A stretch of 21,110 bases of DNA from Nitrospirota bacterium (GTDB taxonomy: Bacteria > Nitrospirota > Nitrospiria > Nitrospirales > NS-4), in contig CAWBGA010000009.1 of assembly GCA_963788195.1 (NCBI GenBank), positions 1 through 21,110 on the forward strand, given 5' to 3'. Shown in pieces: positions 1 through 10,073 of the stretch; positions within the stretch are counted from its first letter, which is position 1; every line of letters begins with the position of its first letter. Made by a program: the position numbers and the translations under genes. Under the pieces are notes generated by a model, which did no database searches, was not told the DNA's origin, and worked only from the letters and a program-made list of their open reading frames with translations.

Positions 1-212
1 GAAGAATGCATCGGCTGGTGGCCTTCCTGCGAAAGATCAAGGATCGATAATCGGCGATGCCCAAGCGCAATACCTGCCTCAGCATCCACCCATGCGCCGC
101 TATCGTCTGGTCCACGGTGGCGAAGAGTATTAACCATCTCCAAAACTGTAGCCTTAAGCTCACGTTTTCCCCACCGATGAGATGTATCCAGAAACCCGCT
201 AATCCCACACAT
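1..212 (-). CDS. asnB: Asparagine synthase (glutamine-hydrolysing)-family amidotransferase, N-terminal part; runs off the window
   Basis: Not in the ORF track. Manual translation from ATG at 212 gives MCGISGFLDTSH...LRHRGPDDSGAW...IALGHRRLSILDLSQEGHQPMHS, with the Ntn Cys2, HRGPD and GHRRLSILDLS motifs. Confidence 0.95.
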   Translation of the reverse strand, partial: MCGISGFLDTSHRWGKRELKATVLEMVNTLRHRGPDDSGAWVDAEAGIALGHRRLSILDLSQEGHQPMHS

Positions 213-270
213 GAATCAAGCCTTTCAAGTAGAATCGCCGTTACTGGAGCATCTTGCTCAAAAGTCTTGT

Positions 271-1512
271 TCAACGAAGAAGTCTCTTTCTACTCATCTC
301 GCGACCCGCGAGTTCCTGATACAGGTCCTGGTACCGTGCTACAATGTGCGGCAAATCAAAATGCTCTTGAACGCGACAGCGAGCGGCCATCCCCAACCGG
401 TCTCGTCCCTCACGCCCAAGCTCCACTAACTCGTGGAAGGCATTAGCCAGCTCTTTCGGGCTCCGAGGGGGCACTACCCGGCCGGTCTGCCCCACAATCA
501 ACGCGGAATCTCCCACGTCCGTCACCACGCACGGCACGCCACACGCCATGGCTTCCCCTATCACATTGGGAAAGCCTTCTCCAAAAGATGAGGAAGAAGC
601 TCCGATATCAAAGCCGGCGGTTAGGCGCGACATATCATCACGCCTGCCAAACAGTCGGGACTGTTTTCTTATCCCCGCTTCCTCAATCCATCCTCTTAAT
701 CTGCCGTTCTCCCAGGTGATCTCGTCACCGCACATCAAAAAATGGACGTCGGGCCGCGAGCGATGCAGTAATGCCGCAGCCTGTACAAAATTATGATGGT
801 CCTTTTGGGCATGAAAGCGGCCGACCAACCCTATAAGTGGTGCGTCCGGCGGGATCTGCAGTTCCGCCCGAACCGACTCACGTGCAGCCGAATCCGGCTT
901 GAAGGCATGGAGATCGAAACCATTAGGGATCACGATCATCTTGTTGGTCGCGTAACCCAGCGCCGTGTGTACCCGCTGAGAAGCTTCCGAGCAGCAGACG
1001 ATTCTCGCGGGAAGCCACCTGGAAATTTGTGCGCATGCCCGCATAGTATAGATGGTAAGTTTCCGGCTACTCTGATCACTGAAATTGCTATGGCGAATAC
1101 CCCAAGCCACCGGGATGCCGCCAGCCAACTTGGCCGCAAGTCCCCCGAGGAGATCGGCGTGGTACATCCAGGTTTGAATGACGTCAGGAGGATCCTGTCT
1201 CAGCCAGCGAGCCAGCCGAAGAAGACTCATTGGGTTAGGTACGCCGGGGCTCATGCCCAATGAGCGGAGCGGGACACCCACCGCCCGTATCTGTTCTCCG
1301 AGAGAGCCAACATCGGCCATGTTGACGACCGTGACGACAAATCTCGTTCTATCCATCCGGGAGATAAGCCGATACAGCATTCTCTCGGCGCCGTCAGCGA
1401 TCAGTCCGGTGATCAAGAACAAAATAGAAATAGGTCGGTGACATTCGTCCAACGACTCTTGCCTGGAAGTCTGGAAGGATGTTTTCTCAGAAGCGGCAGA
1501 TATCATTCTCAC
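271..1512 (-). CDS. Glycosyltransferase family 4 (GT-B)
   Basis: ILFLITGL..DGAERML N-terminus, QTWMYHADLLG, and the GT4 signature EGFPNVIGEAMACGVPCVVTDVGD. The true start may be somewhat downstream of 1512. Confidence 0.93.
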   Translation of the reverse strand: MRMISAASEKTSFQTSRQESLDECHRPISILFLITGLIADGAERMLYRLISRMDRTRFVVTVVNMADVGSLGEQIRAVGVPLRSLGMSPGVPNPMSLLRLARWLRQDPPDVIQTWMYHADLLGGLAAKLAGGIPVAWGIRHSNFSDQSSRKLTIYTMRACAQISRWLPARIVCCSEASQRVHTALGYATNKMIVIPNGFDLHAFKPDSAARESVRAELQIPPDAPLIGLVGRFHAQKDHHNFVQAAALLHRSRPDVHFLMCGDEITWENGRLRGWIEEAGIRKQSRLFGRRDDMSRLTAGFDIGASSSSFGEGFPNVIGEAMACGVPCVVTDVGDSALIVGQTGRVVPPRSPKELANAFHELVELGREGRDRLGMAARCRVQEHFDLPHIVARYQDLYQELAGREMSRKRLLR

Positions 1513-1691
1513 AAGGACTGCAAGCCTTATAAGGTAAGGAAACTATTGGCAACGCCCCACTCGAACAAATTTGTCGATCGGTATTCACTCCCCATACAAC
1601 CTTCTGGGGTCGACCAGACCGCTGGTGGGTCGCTCCATGTGAAAGCCTCGACATTACTTGAGCTTGCAGCTCCTCCCCTGCAGTGCGGACG

Positions 1692-1707
1692 TGGCATGGG
1701 GGTTGCT
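1692..1707 (+). promoter_or_regulatory. Sigma54 (-24/-12) promoter for the beta-helix gene
   Basis: TGGCATGGGGGTTGCT matches TGGCAY-N5-TTGCW with exact GG-N10-GC spacing. It lies 70 nt upstream of ATG 1778, which has a GGAGG RBS at 1763-1767. Confidence 0.75.
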
Positions 1708-1777
1708 CAAGACAAAACCGTCTTAGAGAGGAGTGACTCATGAGAAACAAGCCGATCACACTGGAGGTTAAATAAGA

Positions 1778-3097
1778 ATGCGCCGCATATTCCGTGTGGT
1801 TGTCGTCATGCTATGGATGGGCTTCCTCAGTGGGACCGCCTGGCCGGGGACCTTCTACGTCTCGACCACGGGCTCTGATTCCAACCCAGGCTCGCAGGCG
1901 TTGCCCTGGAAGACCCTGCAAAAAGCTGCAGCGACATTGGTGGCTGGGGACACGGCGATTGTGCTGAACGGCACATATACCGAACCCGAAGTCCAAATGC
2001 TAAAGAGTGGCACGGCGGGCAATCCCATCACGCTCAAAGCGCAGAACCAGCACCTCGCCATCCTGTCTTCCACCTCGCGCTGTAACCCGTCGATCAGTCT
2101 GTACGGCAGTTATGTGACGATTGAGAATATGCGGATCAAGCGCGATGCGACCGACCTCTCCTGCGGGACGTCCCCGACCTCGGCCCGCGCCATGATTCGT
2201 GCCTGGCCAGACTTTAGCGGGACCAACGCCATCGTGCGCGGTGTCTACATAGATCCAGGTGGCGATCTCGGGCTCAAGATCGACCAAACAAACGCACTCG
2301 TAGAAAACTCTACCATCCACAATGCGTTAGAGGGGTTCGCTGCGCTCAATGTGACGTTCCGTGGCAACCTCGTTGATGGCTCCGATGTGTGGGGCTCCAC
2401 GGTGACATCGAAGGGGGGCATGCGGAATTTCCTCTTCTACAACAATATCGTGCATCAACCACTGCCCAGTAACACGAGCATCGGGGCGGTTGTCCTCGGC
2501 GGGTCCTCAGGCTGCTGTATGGCCGTTCCTGCCGATGCCTATGAGTGCTTGCACTGCGTCGCCTACAACAATGTCGTCATCAACGATTCAGGCGATCGGA
2601 ACTCGACCATGATTACCCTCCGCAGTTGTAAAAATTGCACGGTGATGAACAATGTCACCATCGGAGGAGCTACCCTCATTATGATGGCTGGTGGTTCCGC
2701 CAGCGTCGGAATAGGGCTGAATCCAACGTGGGAAAATAATATTTTTTCCTGTAGTGGTGGCCCAGCACTACATGGGACCTGGCTTACGAATGGCACGTTG
2801 ACGCTGGACTACAACAACTTCTTTAATTGCACCGGAGTGCCGACTCAAACCCATGCGATCAGCGGTGATCCCAAGCTCGTGAATCAGACGACGGACTTTC
2901 ATTTACAAGCAGGAAGTCCGGCGATTGGCACTGGCCTGATGCTGGCGACGCGACCTGCCTATGGAGGAGGAATCTTGGATACGTCGCGTGACATGTCTGG
3001 CGTGATCCGCGCGACGCCCTGGAGTTTGGGCGTTTATGCAGCAAATTCATCCGGTAACCCTCCGCCTGCTTCACCAAGAAACTTAAGAGTTCAATAG
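1778..3097 (+). CDS. Secreted right-handed parallel beta-helix protein (DUF1565/pectin-lyase-like fold)
   Basis: Signal peptide; FYVSTTGSDSNPGSQALPWKTLQKAA..LVAGDT...GTY N-terminal motif; Asn-ladder repeats (FYNNIV, AYNNVV, WENNIF, LDYNNFF); C-terminal DP..V....DFHLQAGSPAIG motif. Confidence 0.85.
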   Translation: MRRIFRVVVVMLWMGFLSGTAWPGTFYVSTTGSDSNPGSQALPWKTLQKAAATLVAGDTAIVLNGTYTEPEVQMLKSGTAGNPITLKAQNQHLAILSSTSRCNPSISLYGSYVTIENMRIKRDATDLSCGTSPTSARAMIRAWPDFSGTNAIVRGVYIDPGGDLGLKIDQTNALVENSTIHNALEGFAALNVTFRGNLVDGSDVWGSTVTSKGGMRNFLFYNNIVHQPLPSNTSIGAVVLGGSSGCCMAVPADAYECLHCVAYNNVVINDSGDRNSTMITLRSCKNCTVMNNVTIGGATLIMMAGGSASVGIGLNPTWENNIFSCSGGPALHGTWLTNGTLTLDYNNFFNCTGVPTQTHAISGDPKLVNQTTDFHLQAGSPAIGTGLMLATRPAYGGGILDTSRDMSGVIRATPWSLGVYAANSSGNPPPASPRNLRVQ

Positions 3098-3290
3098 CAG
3101 AGGCCTGCTGCCATCAAGTACTTGCCTTTCAATATCCTCCGTGCGAAAGACAGCTTCTCATGGGTGACATCTTCACGAGCGTAGAGAACATTGATCGAGG
3201 ATCGAGATAAGAGCCTGCTTGAGACAATCCTTCCTTTCACGCGCTGCCAGAAACACTTTGAGGATTGCTACGTGAGAGAGCACAAGAAGC

Positions 3291-4518
3291 CTAGGCGCTG
3301 ACCAATCGTCTCGCGGCGACCGACTCTTTCCTTTCAGTGATAACCGCCCTTTGGCTTTCTTGATTGCGACTCATGGCGGCCATCAAGGAGATAAGGAGGA
3401 GGGTGTATCCCGGATGGAAGATTCTGTGACTAAACAAGCCCAGCATCAGTACGACACAGCCGAAGACGATGGTCACATACATCGTCTCTCCCCGCACGCC
3501 CCACATCGCTGCTAATATGAGCAGAGGGAGAATTATCACCCCGATAAGCCCATGGTCCAGCATAAACGCCAGATATTGGTTGTGGGGAAGGACAACAGCC
3601 TGAGAAAACGATCCGGTCCCACTTCCGAGGAATGGACGTTCGGCAAAATTGTCCCAGGCTTGTCGCGCTAGGTACTTTCGCTCCCAGCTAGAAGCATCGG
3701 AGATGCCATATGGATCAGTGAACCATTCCAGTCGTTCCAGCACGTTCGCATTGAGCACGCCGGTTCTCTCCCATGTCGTAACAAGTTGGTCCAACTGAGG
3801 CAGTACGACTAAGATCCCCAGCGCGACACCCAGCAAAACCGGCAGAAGAAGATCCTTCAGAGAAATCCCTCGCGCGAGCATGAGGCCCGCGACGGCAATC
3901 ACCCACGCCAGAATCCCTCCACGGGAGAATGTGGAGAGAATCCCTATCCCTGTCAATAGAATGTAGGGACCTCGGTAGCGCGGCTCCAAGACAGTGACGC
4001 TCAGAATCATCCCTAGAACCAACGCTTCACCCGCCATATTTGGATTCATGTAAAGCCCGGATGAACGGCCAACCTCTTTGTTAAAAGACATGGGAACAAA
4101 TAGTTCGATAAATATTCACCGCCACAGCAAACAGCACACCGCCCACGAGCATTTTCCTTGCCAATCGGGTCGCGCCGGTTTCCCAGAATATCGTCAGAAA
4201 GATGAGGATCTGGATAATCTCAAAAAAACGGAATCGCACTTCCTGCCACGCCGTGTCCGACTGTGAGGACGGAAAAAACCATAGCATCGTTACCCAGGCA
4301 TATCCCAAGCACCAGATCATGACAGGGGAGTTAAACCCATTCCCTGTTGTCATCTGCCTGATTAGTTTCGGCAATGATAACAGGCAAAATAACAACCACC
4401 AATGTTTCGGCGCTGCCAGTTCGAATCCATGATTCTCATAGACGTAGAGAGGCACATTTGTGTAGAAAATGCCAATTGCGGCCACGATCAGAGCCTTGTG
4501 GTAGAAGTTTAATTGCAT
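3291..4518 (-). CDS. O-antigen ligase/Wzy-like polysaccharide polymerase (one frameshift near 4107)
   Basis: Two hydrophobic ORFs join on removing one base (NIY|ELFVPMSFNKEVGRSSGLYMNPN). Wzy_C motifs are present: TFSRGG, R...W..F.ERPFLGSGTG and PHNQYL...DHGLIG. Confidence 0.88.
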
Positions 4519-4610
4519 TGAGGCAGGGTTATTGTGGCAGTCGGTCAGAGAAATCTTTCGTATGACATCATGGACGTAAGGAGTCGTGATGAGGCAATAG
4601 CCTCAGCGGC

Positions 4611-7600
4611 TTATTGGACTTGGTACGTGTATGTTCTGCCGTTGGTCTTCGGATTGGTGTTGTCGGAGGCGGAGAATAACAGGGCGACTGCACCGGCAGT
4701 GCCGCTCCCGTCATCCCAGTGGCTAAAGCGACCCTGCGCCCAGATTGCGAACATTGGCATGCGATGAATGGGAGGGACCCAGTTCTATGCCGTTTTCGAA
4801 AATGCGAAGAGTCGAACGCGTCGGGGCACTGCTAGTGTCTGCGGGAGTCCCAAAATTCTGGGCCGCCCAGTAGCCAAAGCCTCCGGCTGAGGTCACTTTG
4901 CTCATGTCAATAAGATTCGACGTCGCAGCGCTCGTCGTCGCAGCTCGCCGTATTGGAATAGACCGAATTCCCGGCACTGTTCGTGGCCCGCACCCGATAC
5001 GAATAGCTGGTGCTGGCCGTGAGGCCACTGTCCGCATAGGTGGTGACACCCGCGCCCACAGTCGCCACTTGACTAAAGGCCCCGGCGCCCAGCGCGCGTT
5101 CGATCTTGAAGCCCGTCTCATTGGTGGATTGGTCCAGCCACGTCAGATTGATGGCCGAACTGGAGGCCGCTGTCGCCACCAGCCCCGTCGGCGCCGCCGG
5201 CGGGCTCGGCGGCGCAGCGCTCGTCATCGCAGTCGCCGTATTGGAATAGGTTGAATCCCCGGCACTGTTCGTGGCCCGCACCCGATACGAATAGCTGGTG
5301 CTGGCCGTGAGGCCACTGTCCGCATAGGTGGTGACATCCGCGCCCACCGTCGCCACTTGACTAAAGGCCCCGGCGCCCAGGGCGCGTTCGATCTTGAAGC
5401 CCGTCTCATTGGTGGATTGGTCCACCCACGTCAGATTGATGGCCGCACTGGAGGCCGCTGTCGCCCCCAGCCCCGTCGGCGCCGCCGGAGGGCTAGCTGA
5501 GGAGCCGACCTGGTACGTGTATGTTCTGCCGTTGGTCTTCGGATTGGTGTTGTCGGAGGCGGAGAATAACAGGGCGACTGCACCGGCAGTGCCGCTCCCG
5601 TCATCCCAGTGGCTAAAGCGACCCGTACCCAGGTTGCGAACATTGGTATGCGAAGAATGAGCGGGACCCAGTTCTATGCCGTTTTCGAAAATGCGAAGAA
5701 TCGAACGCGTGGGGGCGCTGGTGGTGTCTGCGGGAGTCCCAAAATTCTGGGCCGCCCAGTAGCCAAAGCCTCCGGCTGAGGTCACTTTGCTCATGTCAAT
5801 AAGATTCGACGTCGCAGCGCTCGTCGTCGCGCTCGCCGTATTGGAAAAGGCCGAATCCCCGGCACTGTTCGTGGCCCGCACCCGATAGGTGTAGCTGGTT
5901 GCTGGCGTGAGACCGGTGTTCGAATAGGTCGTGACGTTCGCCCCCACCGTTGCGATTTGAGTAAAGCTACCAGTTCCTGTTTGTCGTTCTATTTTGAATC
6001 CACTCTCATTGTTGGATCCATCACTCCATATCAGGTTAATCTGGCTGCTAGAGACTACGTTCCCGATCAGGCTACTCGGTGCCGCAGGCGCCCCGGACAG
6101 AGGACAGCCCGTCGGCGCTGGCCCCGCAACAGTCGGGCATTGGTCTGTGCTGTCCGGTACGCCATCCCCGTCCATATCGCCGCCGCCGCCGGCAGGACAG
6201 CCCGTCGGCGCTGGCCCCGCCACAGCCGGGCATTGGTCGGTGCTGTCCGGTACCCCATCCCCGTCAATATCGCCTCCGCCTCCGCCTCCACCGGCAGGAC
6301 AACCCGTCGGCGCCGGCCCCGCCACAGCCGGGCATTGGTCGGTGCTGTCCGGCACCCCATCCCCGTCAATATCGCCGACGCCGCCGGCAGGACAGCCCGT
6401 CGGCGCTGGCCCAGCAACAGTCGGGCACTGGTCCGTGCTGTCCGGTACACCGTCCCCGTCAGCATCGCCGCCGCCGCCGCCGCCTTGACCTCCGACCTGA
6501 AGGATTTTGGCAACCGAGGGCACACCATTGCCGTTGAGGATAAAGAGCATGTAGTAACCGGCAGGCGCCATGTTGGAATTCGGCGGAGCCGTCAGGTTGA
6601 GACCCCCGGCTGCCTGAGTAAAACTAATTGGGAGAATCCGCTGGTTCTGATCGAATGTGTGCGTGACTCCCGGCAGGCGGATAAGCCTGACCTTCGCAAT
6701 GCTGGTTGCATCTGGGGTTCCCACGAAGAAGGTTTGCCCATAGGAGATGGTCGCGGGAACGGAGGTGATGGTTGGCCGAGCTCCCTTGAAGAGGTACGGC
6801 GGCGAATAGAACTCGGTCTGATAGGTAAAGTTTCCGCCAGTGCTCAGGACTCTGCCGTCTGGCAGCAGCATTGCGTTCGAATGGTAGAATCGACCCACCG
6901 TCTGGCTCGCCATCGTGGTCCAAGTTTTGGTGGAAGGGTTCCACATTTCTGCCGGATAGACGGGCGAAGTCGTATCGTTGAAACCAGTGCCGCTGCTCCC
7001 GCCCGTCACCAACACGTTGTCGTCCGGCAGCATGGTCAAGTTAAATTGTCGGCGGGGGAAGGCCATGGGATTGGTATATTGCCAGGTCGGTGTGGGTGCG
7101 GATAGATCAATGATTTCGGCCGTATTGGTCGGGGGATGATCCCCATTCTGGCCGGCGCCGCCGGCAATCAGGATCTTCCCCGTGGGGTCATACATGACTG
7201 ACGACCCCTGAGCACGGGTTTCGGGATAGTTGAATGTGGCAACGAATGTCCAGGCACCGGTCCCGGAGATATCGAGATAGCGTGTGTTTCCTCCAGGCCC
7301 GACCACAACGGCGTTCCCGAACTGTGTCCAATATACCCAGGAATAGAAATAAATCTTCAGGAGGGCGTTCGTCAGATCGCGCCAAGTCCCCGTTGATGGT
7401 TGCCACACCTGCGGCAGCGGATTCTCCTCTTGAGTGCTATCAATTGTACCTGTCATCACCAGTACTTCCCCCGTACCCGTGAAGGTCGTGGTGGGATACC
7501 AGCGGGCCGCATTCATGTCTGGCAGACGCGTCCAGACGTTAGTCACGGGATTATAAATGCTGGCATAGGGCAGGCCGTTGAAGGGGGTCAGAAGATTTCC

Positions 7601-7918
7601 TCCCGGGACGAAGATGGTGCCGTCCGCGATGGAGATATGACCGCTACAGAAAAGATCGTAGCCGGCCTTTGCCAGACTGATCAGGGAATTGTCGGCCGGG
7701 TCCCACAGTCGAGCGTCGTCGCCGTTTACGTAATCGCCCGGCCAAAGCATCACCTTCCCATTCGGGAGCATGACCATGTGGACCGGTGCAATATCCCAGA
7801 CCGGGCCCAAATTCCACTGTCCGACCGCCGAAGGCGTTTGCGACTGCGCAAACCCTGGGGCAACGCTCCAGATCACAAGCAGAGCGAGCAGCGAGATGAG
7901 GAGGGTTTGTCGGTTCAT
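4611..7918 (-). CDS. Secreted modular copper radical oxidase (galactose oxidase/AA5-like kelch + DUF1929) with 4 TSP3-like repeats, 3 FN3 domains and 2 copies of an unnamed domain; two frameshifts near 4943 and 4733
   Basis: Signal peptide; LFCSG, RWYPT, RFYHS and [10 protein letters not shown] motifs; APAGYYMLF (DUF1929). Comparison with the internal duplicate extends the frame past the ORF-track end (4907) to ...RTYTYQVQ*, with TAA at 4611-4613. Confidence 0.88.
4620..5890. repeat. Intragenic duplications: ~4620-5000 near-identical to ~5511-5890; FN3-coding ~4945-5205 near-identical to ~5230-5490
   Basis: Shared long strings, e.g. tggtacgtgtatgttctgccgttggtcttcggattggtgttgtcggaggcggagaataacagggcg at ~4621 and ~5511, and gcgcgttcgatcttgaagcccgtctcattggtggattggtcc in both FN3 copies. 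Confidence 0.95.
6101..6466. repeat. Four ~78-bp coding repeats ([26 protein letters not shown]) separated by variable Gly linkers; thrombospondin type-3-like Ca-binding repeats
   Basis: Units start with aggacarcccgtcggcgc at ~6101, ~6194, ~6296 and ~6389, and are in frame within the oxidase. Confidence 0.9.
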
Positions 7919-7974
7919 GATCGTTCTCTAAGCTAATTGGGTGGGGAGCACATCCAATCCATCCAGGAGACCCG

Positions 7975-9074
7975 TTAGGGAGTCAGAAGGAAAGCTCGAT
8001 TAGAGCCCTCATGAAATCCATGGAGGTTCTGCTCGTCTCCTCCTAAGACCACGACCTGCCCTGTCGCATTGATGCCAACCGCGTCAAAAAGGGTTACGCC
8101 AGCCGGGGCAGATACGAGGTCATTTAGGTCCTCCGCAATCCCGTTGCTGTTCCAAAATACGGCGCGACCTCCCTTAATGCTTCCGGAATGGCCAACGACT
8201 TCTCCGTTGTCATTAATGCCCGTGGCTCGGCTCACGTTGCTTCCAAGCAGGGCGGGAAGGCTCTTCATTCCAGACTGGGAGTTCCAGAGAAACGCACGCG
8301 TCCCAGCCGGACCTTTAGAGTATCCGACCACACTGCCGCTATTGTTGATGGCCAACGCTTCGCTGGAAATGTCCCCGGGCAAGGTGCCGAGATCCTGCAT
8401 ACCCTTCGCGGGATGCCAGAGAACGGCATGCGTCCCCGAAGGGCTTCTGAAGCTGCCGACAATAATTCCGGTATTACTGATTGCAAACGCCTTGCTGGAA
8501 TCACCTAGCGGCAAGGTGCCAAGATTTTTGACTTCCCCTTGTGGGGTCCAGAGAACCGCGCGTGTGCCCTGTGGTCCGCTGGAGTAGCCGACTACGGCAC
8601 CGGAATTGTTGATGCTGAACGCTTCGCTGGCGGTATCTCCCGGCAAGGTGCCAAGATCCCGCTGCCTGCCGCTTTTGGTCCAGATAATCGCGTGGACCGT
8701 GCTAATCGGGCACGTTCCTGAAGATGGCGCACCGGGAATGTTAGGACGACACTGACGCGACCCAAAATTTATAGTGGCAGAGCCGACAACGACGCCAGCG
8801 TCATTGATACCGTTCGCTGTGAAATAATCGCTGCCGGGAAGTAGTCCCAGACTGTCGGTCGTCGCGCCAGGCGTTGAACGAAAGGATTTAGCATCGGCGA
8901 ATCCTGACCGCACAGCCGTCTGACCCGACACATTGGGCCCGACGCCCTTGACGGCATCTGCAATGCCGAGGTCCTGTACCGTGTATGATTGGGCTGCCCA
9001 CGATTCTATCGGATCCGGCATGGCAAGCCGCACATACCCAGCACGAGGATGGGCAAGCAATAACGGGCTCTCAT
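7975..9074 (-). CDS. Secreted HAF-repeat (probable extracellular beta-propeller) protein; frameshift near 9026
   Basis: Repeats of DLGTLPG..SEA..IN..G.VVGYS....RA.LW. A GGAGGAG RBS (9079-9085) precedes ATG 9074, which encodes a signal peptide (MRARYCLPILVLGMCG) that joins LAMPDPIESWAA after a 1-nt shift. Confidence 0.87.
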
Positions 9075-9183
9075 CGTGCTCCTCCTGTTCGAAGGATGGT
9101 TTTGTCTAGCAACATACTCGGCTCACGTTTGAGCTGGAGCATGACCGCTTGAAGGTTTAATAACGAACGAAAAGACACGATTT

Positions 9184-10026
9184 TCATCTGCTATCTGCTG
9201 CCACCTTTTCAAACACAAAGTGATTATTACCCAGCTTGCCGCCGCAGGTTTTGAGATTCACCATTGTAAAGCCCCTGTCTCGGTAGAACTGAAAAATCTC
9301 CTCGGGTTTCGCGACTTCAAACGGATAGCCCCCGACCCAATCCACAGCATCCCACCACGGAGACATTCCCCGATTTTTAATATATTTCTTCCAACTCATC
9401 AGAGGTCTTCCAGTTAAGGAATCCCGAAGCATCCTGGGTGCCCACCAGCTAAGAAAGACCATGGCGACCAGAACAGATCTGCACATACGCGGGACCTGAT
9501 GATAAAGCCTCTTGATTTTGGTCCAGTAGATGCTGCGCCATCCCTGATCATTATAAATCGCAATGTATAATTGCCCACCCATTGCGACCGCCAGGGACGC
9601 ATTCTCCATGGCTTGACGCATCGCTCCCGTGTGATGAAGAACACCCCAGGAATAGACGACGTCGAATTGGCCGAGTGAAAGCATGTATTCGTCGTCCAAA
9701 ACAGATCCTTGTGCAATTGTCCAATGGCTGTCATTCGGGAAATAGCGGCGTTTGAGTTCGGCTGCGCATGCCACAGAATGGCGGTCATAATCAAACGAAT
9801 GGACGCGGGCACCCAGTCGTCGCGCTGCAAGGCTAAAAAGACCGCTCCCCGAACCAATGTCCAAGAAACTCTTGTCATGAAGGGTCTTGACCGCGAGCAT
9901 CTCCTTGAGTGATGTCTCAGCCTCCCGTATACGGATGTCATTGAGGGACTCGAGAAATCGGCTCCAATTCTTTCCGAATTCAAACCTAATTTGATCTTGT
10001 GGGATTGTCTGTGCGTTGCTTTTCAT
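9184..10026 (-). CDS. Class I SAM-dependent methyltransferase
   Basis: FLDIGSGSGLFS motif I, FDVVYSWGVLHHTG and DWVGGYPFEVA. The likely start is MKSNAQ (ATG 10026), which avoids overlap with the upstream GT. Confidence 0.9.
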   Translation of the reverse strand: MKSNAQTIPQDQIRFEFGKNWSRFLESLNDIRIREAETSLKEMLAVKTLHDKSFLDIGSGSGLFSLAARRLGARVHSFDYDRHSVACAAELKRRYFPNDSHWTIAQGSVLDDEYMLSLGQFDVVYSWGVLHHTGAMRQAMENASLAVAMGGQLYIAIYNDQGWRSIYWTKIKRLYHQVPRMCRSVLVAMVFLSWWAPRMLRDSLTGRPLMSWKKYIKNRGMSPWWDAVDWVGGYPFEVAKPEEIFQFYRDRGFTMVNLKTCGGKLGNNHFVFEKVAADSR

Positions 10027-10073
10027 GTTCTTCCTTTTCTCATCCAATTTGCGGACACTCAGCCCTACCAACG

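Noticed and set aside
6101..6466. Regularly spaced repeats resembling a CRISPR array
   Set aside because: The units are ~78 bp, in frame, vary mostly at synonymous sites and are separated by Gly codons. They are protein repeats, and no cas genes are present.
5957..7105. 382-aa plus-strand ORF and other long antisense ORFs (e.g. 14375-15082)
   Set aside because: These are shadow frames of GC-rich, well-supported minus-strand genes.
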